From the IMG/VR virus record IMGVR_UViG_3300035053_000267, positions 47,748 through 111,747 of that record: 64,000 bases of DNA; one strand, 5' to 3'. Shown here in pieces: positions 56,702 through 64,000 of the stretch; the stretch's first letter is position 1, and each line of letters begins with the position of its first letter. Both the position numbers and the translations under genes were made by a program. The DNA comes from a virus. The notes under the pieces were generated by a model. That model saw only the letters and a program-made list of their open reading frames with translations, did not search any database and was not told the DNA's origin.

Positions 56702-58864
56702 CTAATTGCTTAAAACTATATTGTTGTCAAACACGGATCCCATTTCATCTACATGATGAGTTATTACTATAGTCTGCGCTGCTGCATTTTTACTGGCAGC
56801 ATTTACATGTTTCATAAATTCCGCCAGAAACTTAACACGCTCTTGATCCAAATTTTGGCTTGGTTCGTCCAGCACTAGAAGACCTATATTTTTTGAAAAA
56901 ATCTCACACAGGGCAAAGCGTGTACATACTGACAAAACTGCTCTCTGTCCGCCACTTAATCTATGCGCCGGCCGTATATGGCCTGACGGCATGGTGCAGA
57001 TCAGATCCATATCTTCAGTTATTGTGAGGCAGAATGGATTGCTGAAATATTTTAGGAATGCGTTGATCTCACTATCAAGCTCTGAAATATAGGACATTAA
57101 AGATCTTTTAGGAAGTTTGTCTCTATGAAGAATAGTCTTAACAGTTTCAAGAGTGTTTTTAAACTCTATAATATTCTTCGATCTTTCAATGTCTTTTTCA
57201 TATTTTTCTATAGAGGCCGAATAGTCGTCTATTACTTTTTTAGACGAGTCTGCTCTGACCTTAAGCTCAGTTAGTTCGCTTTTTATTTTATTGTACTCTT
57301 CGAGTATTTTTACTAAAGCTTCATATTCCTTTTGACTTACAATAGATATTTTACTTTTTTCTCTTAAGTCCTCTATCTCTTTTTCCAGAGCACTGACTGT
57401 ACTTTTAGCTTTTTCCAGATTCTGGTTTATAGCTTTATTGTTCTGTTCCAGCTCTGCAGCCCGCCCTGTAATGTCCTTATAGTCCTCTATTGCAGCTTCC
57501 AGTTTAACTCTTTCATCCTCATCTACCTCGGCTACATTTTCATACTCTTTAAGTTTATTAGAGGTGATTTTGATCTCAGACTCTATTGAAGCTTTTTCTT
57601 CTATGTACTTGTGTCTATTGCGGTCATATTTATCTTTACCCGCTTTTAATGAGCTTAAGCGAGCCTGCATTGTTTTTATAGACTTATTCAGTGCCTCAAT
57701 TTCAGCAATAACGTCATCAAGTGTGGTTTCCGAGTCTTTAAATTCGCTTCCACAAGTTGGGCATACACCCCCTTCCTGCAGTATTTTCTTCAGCTTAACT
57801 TTAGCTTCCAGTTCTGAGGTCAGTTGAGCCAGTCCGGACAAATAGTCGCTTATCTTATCGAATTCTGGATTTTTTTCCGGTTCGGTCACTTTATTCAGAC
57901 GCTCGACACTTTTAAATAAGGATGCTCGCATCCTTTGTTTTTCAGCGAATAACCTGGATTGCTCGTTTAATTCCTTTAATCGTTTTTCGGCGTCCTTGGC
58001 CTTTTCTCTGACACTTTCTGCTTCATTTTTAAGCTCAGCTATAACCGAATCGCTGTCTGCTAAACTGACAGTTAAAGAAATTACATTATTGTTTTCTTTC
58101 TCAAGCCGAGTCTGACGATCGTCTATTTTAGAAGCGATATCCTTATACTCTATAAAATTACTAATAGAAGATGACACAGCCTGTATATCAGAATTTTTTA
58201 TTTTTTGTTCTAAATCTCTGATAGTCTGTGTATATTCTTTATACGCCTTCTGCTGTTTTTTTCTCTTATCCTTTAACTCATCAAGAGAAGCACCAACTTC
58301 AATAACCGGGCATTGAAGTACTGCTTTATGAACCTGTTCTCTTCTTTTTTCTGCCTTAGACAGGTCAGGAATAAGTTCTATGAACATCTTCAACCGCTCT
58401 GATGGGCCATTAAAAAGAAGAGATGTCAGTTGATTTTGAGATATAAAAATATGATCAGAAAACAGCTTCGGAGAAAAAGATGTCATACTGAATATGGCAT
58501 CTGTAACTGCTTTTGATCCCGTAATGGTCTCTTCTTTAATCCTCATTCTGGCGGATGTTTTTACTTTTTGTCTGCATCCGGCTACATTTGGTGCTTTTAA
58601 CTTTCTCTCTATTGAAACATCAGTAACGTCATCAAAGCTGAGTATTCCGCTCACAAGAGCTGAATCCATGTCGTCATTGATGTCTTCTTCCAGGGTCCCG
58701 GAAGAAGCTGATTTACCCGTCAGTAAAAAATATAGAGCGTTAATTAAATTGCTCTTACCGCTGCCGTTTTCTCCTATGATACCATTGGTACCAGGTCCAA
58801 ACTGTATGTCCAGATCTTTATGCTGGCACCAGCCTTTAAGTTTAAGTTTTTTTATTTGTAGCAT
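56702..58864 (-). CDS. sbcC: SbcC/Rad50 (gp46-like) SMC ATPase
   Basis: GENGSGKS, CPTC hook, LSGGQ, LDEP, ITH. Confidence 0.92.
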   Translation of the reverse strand: MLQIKKLKLKGWCQHKDLDIQFGPGTNGIIGENGSGKSNLINALYFLLTGKSASSGTLEEDINDDMDSALVSGILSFDDVTDVSIERKLKAPNVAGCRQKVKTSARMRIKEETITGSKAVTDAIFSMTSFSPKLFSDHIFISQNQLTSLLFNGPSERLKMFIELIPDLSKAEKRREQVHKAVLQCPVIEVGASLDELKDKRKKQQKAYKEYTQTIRDLEQKIKNSDIQAVSSSISNFIEYKDIASKIDDRQTRLEKENNNVISLTVSLADSDSVIAELKNEAESVREKAKDAEKRLKELNEQSRLFAEKQRMRASLFKSVERLNKVTEPEKNPEFDKISDYLSGLAQLTSELEAKVKLKKILQEGGVCPTCGSEFKDSETTLDDVIAEIEALNKSIKTMQARLSSLKAGKDKYDRNRHKYIEEKASIESEIKITSNKLKEYENVAEVDEDERVKLEAAIEDYKDITGRAAELEQNNKAINQNLEKAKSTVSALEKEIEDLREKSKISIVSQKEYEALVKILEEYNKIKSELTELKVRADSSKKVIDDYSASIEKYEKDIERSKNIIEFKNTLETVKTILHRDKLPKRSLMSYISELDSEINAFLKYFSNPFCLTITEDMDLICTMPSGHIRPAHRLSGGQRAVLSVCTRFALCEIFSKNIGLLVLDEPSQNLDQERVKFLAEFMKHVNAASKNAAAQTIVITHHVDEMGSVFDNNIVLSN

Positions 58865-58865
58865 A

Positions 58866-59081
58866 TTACCACTTGTAAGTTGTCTCTAATGTCTTGTCAT
58901 CTACTGATTTCTGTAGAAATCCGATTATTTCAAAGTCAATTTCGGATATACCTAAGGTGCTGCATTGTGGGTTTAGCTTAATTGGAGCTCCTCTCTCCAT
59001 TAAGCGTCTGCACAGCTCTACAAGGGGCACAGTAGTCGACTCTCTCCAAGACAAGGTATAAGATCCCATTGTCTTCTCCAT
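58866..59081 (-). CDS. hypothetical protein
   Basis: operonic. Confidence 0.45.
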   Translation of the reverse strand: MEKTMGSYTLSWRESTTVPLVELCRRLMERGAPIKLNPQCSTLGISEIDFEIIGFLQKSVDDKTLETTYKW

Positions 59082-59090
59082 TTGATATTG

Positions 59091-59468
59091 TTACTGGGTT
59101 TTGGTATGTATATCAAACTTTTTTATCTTATATTCAAGCTGTTTAGCTTCAAAAATAAGAATTTTAGAAAACATTTCAAGCTCTCCCAATCTGTCTGCAG
59201 CCTCTGCTGTCTGCTGCATTTGAAATATTTTACCCAATAGCAGTGTTTTTTCTTCTTCTTTGGCTTTGTTCTCGAATATTACGCTTATAGTAGCCGCATA
59301 TTCATTATCTATTCTACTTGCTGTTATCTTTAATCCCATACAGCATGCAGATAAATTTACCCATAGCTCTATTATCTGACTGATCTCACTGGCGCAAGTA
59401 ATCACTATAGTGCCGTGGTTTCCGTATATATCTACACAATGATCTGCCATGTAGGGATTATCTACCAA
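59091..59468 (-). CDS. hypothetical protein
   Basis: operonic. Confidence 0.5.
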   Translation of the reverse strand: MVDNPYMADHCVDIYGNHGTIVITCASEISQIIELWVNLSACCMGLKITASRIDNEYAATISVIFENKAKEEEKTLLLGKIFQMQQTAEAADRLGELEMFSKILIFEAKQLEYKIKKFDIHTKTQ

Positions 59469-59481
59469 ATATCCATATACT

Positions 59482-60588
59482 TCAAATACTTAATGAACTT
59501 TTATATGACTTAATGAGCTTGTCAGCTTCTGTGTCATCAGAAGCCTCCAGAAGCCTCTTAGTGAGCGTACCCACGCTGGACTTTTCGTCTGCAAATTCGC
59601 CTATATAATGAATCATAGGCATGCGTGTATTCTGAGTGTCTCTGCTGTCTGTAACGTCCTCAAGCCGCTTCATTGTGTTGATGTTATACCATAAATACAC
59701 GTTTTCAGTGACCGCTGAAGACACTCTCTCTTTAAGGCCCGCTATCTCTTCATTAGTACTGATGTTCACCACAAGTACAGGCATACCTACAGGGCCGCGT
59801 GATGCTTTAATCTCTTTTAAAGAACCAGCCTCTATAATTGCATCGAGATCTTTATTTGATTTGATGGTTATTGAGTGATACTCTCTGCCTTTTAACGGTA
59901 TTCTGGCTACATCCAACGTGCCCTTATCGTTAGGCGTTGCATCTATAAACGATTTTTTCTTTTCTTCATCTATACTGATCACGTGCATAGATCCCGTATA
60001 CCATGCTTTAACTTTATCGTTGCTGAATTCGACGGGCAGGTGGTAATCTCCTAGAAAGCACCCCTCTACACCATCAGGAAGCCAATCCAGATCAAAGTTA
60101 GCCACACCGGCAAAAGAACACACCCTCTTTGCCATCTGGTGCATAACTACATACTTAGTTGGCACCATATTGCTAATAGTCTCCTGCAAATCTGACTTAG
60201 ACCTGTACTTTACTCCCGAAAGGCTTATATTATCAAACAATGTAACGGGGTGCAGGTCCAGATTTATTGAATAGTCCGATATAGCGCTAATCCACGATGG
60301 ATTCGCATTATCGTGATTTCCATCGATGAAGAATACAGGAAGATTTTCGGACTTCATTTGCCCTATACAGGACCTTAGTACGGATATGTCCTGCGGGCAC
60401 GGCTTCTTAGAGTCAAGAATGTCGCCGGCCAGAATCAAGGCTCGACGATTTTTAATGCAGTAGTCAATTATCTGCTGTAATGCGACATAGGAGTCACCGT
60501 TTAGTTCCGGTCTATACAGCCATGCCTGCGGGCATAGATGGACATCTCCGGCTATAGCAACTCCTTCAATGTTAAAATCACTAGCCAT
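59482..60588 (-). CDS. sbcD: SbcD/Mre11 (gp47-like) nuclease
   Basis: GDVH, AGDILD, GNHD, HQ, GDYH, YTGS. Confidence 0.88.
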   Translation of the reverse strand: MASDFNIEGVAIAGDVHLCPQAWLYRPELNGDSYVALQQIIDYCIKNRRALILAGDILDSKKPCPQDISVLRSCIGQMKSENLPVFFIDGNHDNANPSWISAISDYSINLDLHPVTLFDNISLSGVKYRSKSDLQETISNMVPTKYVVMHQMAKRVCSFAGVANFDLDWLPDGVEGCFLGDYHLPVEFSNDKVKAWYTGSMHVISIDEEKKKSFIDATPNDKGTLDVARIPLKGREYHSITIKSNKDLDAIIEAGSLKEIKASRGPVGMPVLVVNISTNEEIAGLKERVSSAVTENVYLWYNINTMKRLEDVTDSRDTQNTRMPMIHYIGEFADEKSSVGTLTKRLLEASDDTEADKLIKSYKSSLSI

Positions 60589-61333
60589 AGTTCAATATAT
60601 CCTTATAGTGCGGCGCTTCCGATACCCATATAGAGCGTCTTACGCTCAGGTCGGAAGCATGAATTTTTGAAATGTCTGTTATGAGTTTGTATGGGTAAGC
60701 TAATTTACGTATAAGGGTTTTGCTGGGAGCCTGATGCTTAACGATGTCAGTTATAAACTCTATTCCAGGAAAACCAGTAAGCTCATTCATACGGTATCTG
60801 TCCACTATTAAAAGCCTGATGATACTCGGAAGAAGGTCTTCATTGATTACGGGAAATCGTATAGCTGCTTTAATAACAGGTGTAACGAGATTAAAAATCG
60901 CTTTATCCATATTTGATGCTTTTATAAAGTCTTCACTTGAAACGACTTTAAGCATCATCAGACAGTCGCCACATTCGGACAGCTCGTCCAATTCTGTAAG
61001 TAAATTAAAAACAAACCTGGCATAACAGTGCGGACAGATTAAGTATCTTTTACACGCTGATGAGGGGTATTCCCCGAGCGGACGACACATCAGCAATCTT
61101 CTTTTTAGACTATTGTTTATATCTGTGTCATTGATTCTGAGCTTAAAAGCAGAATCAACGCAGTATTCCTCAACCATCATATTTCTGATAAATTTGTTCT
61201 TAGTGTGCGCATTTATATGCTTAGAGACTAAAGAATAATGATCAGATCGAATGTTGGGATTTAATTTTATGGAATGTGAGTATACAGCATTATGCGCTGC
61301 AACTCCTTTCCACCCTACATATCTAAAGGTCAC
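60581..61333 (-). CDS. hypothetical protein with C-x5-CxxC motif
   Basis: CKRYLICPHC. Confidence 0.55.
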   Translation of the reverse strand: MTFRYVGWKGVAAHNAVYSHSIKLNPNIRSDHYSLVSKHINAHTKNKFIRNMMVEEYCVDSAFKLRINDTDINNSLKRRLLMCRPLGEYPSSACKRYLICPHCYARFVFNLLTELDELSECGDCLMMLKVVSSEDFIKASNMDKAIFNLVTPVIKAAIRFPVINEDLLPSIIRLLIVDRYRMNELTGFPGIEFITDIVKHQAPSKTLIRKLAYPYKLITDISKIHASDLSVRRSIWVSEAPHYKDILNYG

Positions 61334-61554
61334 AGCTCTTCAGTTAAATATCTTTTAGACGGTGAGTCCACCTTTCTTAAATCAGAGTGGGGAGTTACCG
61401 GTCTTCCATGCGGATGGTCTGAATCTGTAACAAATACAGGGTGACTCTCGTCATATTTTCTATGATGTGTCACTTTTTTTCTATAAAAATAATCGGATAT
61501 GCTCTTACTTATTGTCATCGCGGCAACTCCCTTTGTTTTAGTGCCTGTTTTCAA
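61330..61554 (-). CDS. hypothetical protein
   Basis: operonic overlaps. Confidence 0.45.
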   Translation of the reverse strand: MKTGTKTKGVAAMTISKSISDYFYRKKVTHHRKYDESHPVFVTDSDHPHGRPVTPHSDLRKVDSPSKRYLTEEL

Positions 61555-61837
61555 AAACTGCTAAAATCCTGTCTACTGAAGCCTCTACTTTTTTATTTGA
61601 TTTGCTTATATAGTCTGGTACTATACTCATTATAGTGTCAGCAGGACCAGAGAATAAATCATTTAACAATGGTTTTTGTTTGATTTGATCGTGTCTAAAC
61701 AACAAATTATATGCGTCTATTAGATTTAATGCTATCATGAACAAGTTAACAACAATGGATATTGCTGCACTCGCCATTTCGAGCAGCACTCTAAAAGTGA
61801 CGATTAAACTGTCTGTGTAACTATAGGTTTCTTTCAT
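61538..61837 (-). CDS. hypothetical membrane protein (start uncertain)
   Basis: Hydrophobic helix; head-to-head with the terminase. Confidence 0.4.
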   Translation of the reverse strand: MKETYSYTDSLIVTFRVLLEMASAAISIVVNLFMIALNLIDAYNLLFRHDQIKQKPLLNDLFSGPADTIMSIVPDYISKSNKKVEASVDRILAVFENRH

Positions 61838-63608
61838 GAATATACACGAAGCTACGCGTATTTTATTTAATAAAGACAGTATAAACAATGAAAATTTGAA
61901 AATAAAATTACAAGCACTAAGTTATCTATACAATAAAAAGAAAATAAACACTCTAGTACCTATTCTTCCGATTCTGCTTAACTTAAAGGGAAAACCCTAC
62001 TCTCTGACAGACCATTTCCCAATGGAGCCCTTGTTTTCCCTGTTTATTCCAAGAAGCATTGTTTTTAAATCGGCCAGACAGATATCAAAAAGTACTACTT
62101 TGGCGGGCAGGGCGTGCCTTATAAGCTGTTTTATTAAAGACTTTGCGTCTTTATATATGTGTCCACGACACGAACAGACAAGACGGTTCTCAAATAACTA
62201 TGTGAAACCGTTTCTCACTACTTCTGTTCTTGGCAGGCTGTTTTTAAACACAAATATGGAGCAATCCGTATTTCAGAGGTCTTTCACTAACCGGTCGGTT
62301 CAATACTTCTCATTTGCATTTTTGGACCCTGATCGTGTCAGGGGTATATCTGCTGAATCTGTATCGTACGACGAAGTTCAGGACATTGATGTTGATTTTA
62401 TACCTATTATAAATGAATGTCTGTCCGCATCACACTATGACTTAAGACAATACTCGGGAACTCCAAAAACATATGACAACACTTTGGAGCATCTATGGCA
62501 AATGAGCAGCATGGCGGAGTGGGTAACCCCATGTTACGGATGTAAGAAAGATAATGTAGCCACTGTGTCCGAGGATTTGCTTGATATGATTCAACCAAAA
62601 GGCATAAGCTGCGCCAAATGCGGCCGAGCCATAGATCCAAGAAACGGACACTGGGAGCATCAAAATCCTAAACTACGATCAGAGTTCCCAGGCTACCACG
62701 TTCCACAGCCTATTCTGCCATTACATTACATGCCTAATCCCCTTACTGGAGATATGAGAAAATGGCACCAGCTAGTGGACGCCAAAAACACTATGAGAAA
62801 AGCAACTTTTTTCAATGAAAAACTGGGAGAAAGTTGCGATACACGTGTCAATCTTATAACAAAATCCGACCTTATAAGTTGTTCTTCTCTAAAACATAAG
62901 AACATAATTAAAGAGGCCATTAAGGCAGCCGGCAAATATAACCATATAACCATGGGAGTAGACTGGGGAGGTGGCGGAGAGCTTGGAATGAGCTATACCG
63001 CCATAGCCATTATAGGTCACCACCCAATAGGAACAACGGATGTATTGTTTATGGAGAGACTGACCAATACCATTGATCCAATATCTGAGATTAAGCTTAT
63101 TGGTCAATATTTCCACGCATGCAAGTGCTTTCTCCTGGCACACGACTATGGAGGAGCCGGAGCCGTTAAAGAAACTCTTCTCATACAGGCTGGGTTTACT
63201 CTTGATAGATTATTTCCATCTTATTATGTTCAAGCAACCTGTAAAGATATGGTCACTTATAACCCTCCTTCAAGTAAAACACTAAGATGGTACTATTCAG
63301 TAGATAAAGCCAGAAGTCTGGCTCTTATGTGTGAACTGATAAAAGCTAAGCAATTCAGGTTTCCCGCATTTGAGTCGTGGGAAAATTTATCTGGTGATTT
63401 TCTATCTCTAGTAGAAAATAAACAAGAATCTAAAAGAGGTTCAGATATATTCCTTATAACAAAAAAAGCAGGAAAAACAGACGATGTTGCTCAGGCTGTT
63501 AATATTGGATCTATAGCATATTGGCATGCTTCACAAAATTATCCTAATCTCGCTAAAAGAGTAGGCATACGAATAACAAAAGACCAATATGAAGAAGAAA
63601 CAGTTTAG
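61836..63608 (+). CDS. terL: terminase large subunit (GpA-like, with Zn finger)
   Basis: ARQISKST (Walker A), YDEVQD (Walker B), SGTP, CYGC...CAKC, FFNEKLG, MGVDWG nuclease, DD. Confidence 0.88.
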   Translation: MNIHEATRILFNKDSINNENLKIKLQALSYLYNKKKINTLVPILPILLNLKGKPYSLTDHFPMEPLFSLFIPRSIVFKSARQISKSTTLAGRACLISCFIKDFASLYMCPRHEQTRRFSNNYVKPFLTTSVLGRLFLNTNMEQSVFQRSFTNRSVQYFSFAFLDPDRVRGISAESVSYDEVQDIDVDFIPIINECLSASHYDLRQYSGTPKTYDNTLEHLWQMSSMAEWVTPCYGCKKDNVATVSEDLLDMIQPKGISCAKCGRAIDPRNGHWEHQNPKLRSEFPGYHVPQPILPLHYMPNPLTGDMRKWHQLVDAKNTMRKATFFNEKLGESCDTRVNLITKSDLISCSSLKHKNIIKEAIKAAGKYNHITMGVDWGGGGELGMSYTAIAIIGHHPIGTTDVLFMERLTNTIDPISEIKLIGQYFHACKCFLLAHDYGGAGAVKETLLIQAGFTLDRLFPSYYVQATCKDMVTYNPPSSKTLRWYYSVDKARSLALMCELIKAKQFRFPAFESWENLSGDFLSLVENKQESKRGSDIFLITKKAGKTDDVAQAVNIGSIAYWHASQNYPNLAKRVGIRITKDQYEEETV

Positions 63609-63614
63609 AACAAA

Positions 63615-63720
63615 GTCAACTGCTCACCAGACAAGCTGGTGAGTTTTCCGCGTCTACGAAATAAGAACTGTGCAGCAACTTAAATTAATATTAAGGTTAA
63701 GCGCAGCCCAAATAAATCAA
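63615..63720 (-). mobile_element. ~100-bp non-autonomous mini-derivative of the tnpB element (PATE/MITE-like)
   Basis: 63615-63643 is 28/29 identical (reverse complement) to the right end at 8702-8730; left side TTGAT-TTATT resembles TTGAC-TTATT at 7559. Confidence 0.6.
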
Positions 63721-63723
63721 CAA

Positions 63724-63999
63724 CTATGTTTGTGTTTGATTTAGTAACTCTAGTGCTTCTTTTTTATACCTACTGGAAGCATAACACATAATGATTCGCA
63801 GATCTGCATTAGTGGGTCTCTGCTTAAGTAATTGCTGCCACGCTTTTTCTTTCCACTTATTTGGAGCAAAGCATACAATATATTGCAAATTTTCATCAGT
63901 AGGCTTTTGCTCAAGTAATTGCTGCCACGCTTTTTCTTGCCACTTGTCGGGGGCATAGCACACAATATATTGCAGATCTTCATTAGTGGGGCTCTGCTC
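63724..63999 (-). CDS. 29-aa alpha-helical repeat protein (partial, starts beyond the right edge)
   Basis: Three units of the form EQxPTxxxLxYIxCxAPxKWxEKAWQQLL; 87-bp DNA repeats. Confidence 0.7.
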   Translation of the reverse strand, partial: EQSPTNEDLQYIVCYAPDKWQEKAWQQLLEQKPTDENLQYIVCFAPNKWKEKAWQQLLKQRPTNADLRIIMCYASSRYKKEALELLNQTQT

Positions 64000-64000
64000 A

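Noticed and set aside
61833-61840. Head-to-head ATGs overlapping in TTCATGAA
   Set aside because: Start sites of both genes are uncertain (the terminase could start at TTG 61896), so no claim can be supported.
63650-63658. 9-nt match (CGTAGACGC) between the mini-element and the tnpB interior at 8478-8486
   Set aside because: Too short to distinguish from chance.
1-64000. CRISPR array, alternative genetic code, phage-nucleus genes
   Set aside because: No spaced direct repeats were seen. Long conserved ORFs are intact under code 11, with TAG and TGA as stops. No chimallin- or PhuZ-like gene was recognised in this window.

Overview
This 64-kb window comes from a large tailed dsDNA (jumbo-type) phage genome. 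It is AT-rich, uses the standard genetic code, and is coded almost entirely on the minus strand. From left to right it holds: (i) accessory and repair genes (partial LigD-type phosphoesterase-ligase, tRNA-Pro and tRNA-CAT/Ile2, a frameshifted sulfotransferase-like gene, MYG1 nuclease, LAGLIDADG endonuclease, an IS1341-like tnpB element); (ii) a head-morphogenesis operon with the portal, Gly-rich putative internal proteins, a single-chain beta/beta'-N RNA polymerase and a free-standing intein-like ORF; (iii) an IS607 element; (iv) a phage-encoded ubiquitin-like conjugation cluster (large E2-like, JAB/MPN+ protease, ThiF/E1, tandem di-Ubl, second large E2-like), which is the most striking system here; (v) an AT-rich origin-like region; (vi) a replication, recombination and nucleotide-metabolism block (RecU, DEDDh exonuclease, HNH, class II RNR, dUTPase, RecA, putative SSB, UDG-fused family A polymerase, PNKP-ligase, primase, DnaB, SF2 helicase, SbcCD); and (vii) the large terminase, followed by a ~100-bp mini copy of the tnpB element ends. 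All calls rest on motif recognition by eye. No searches or folding programs were run.
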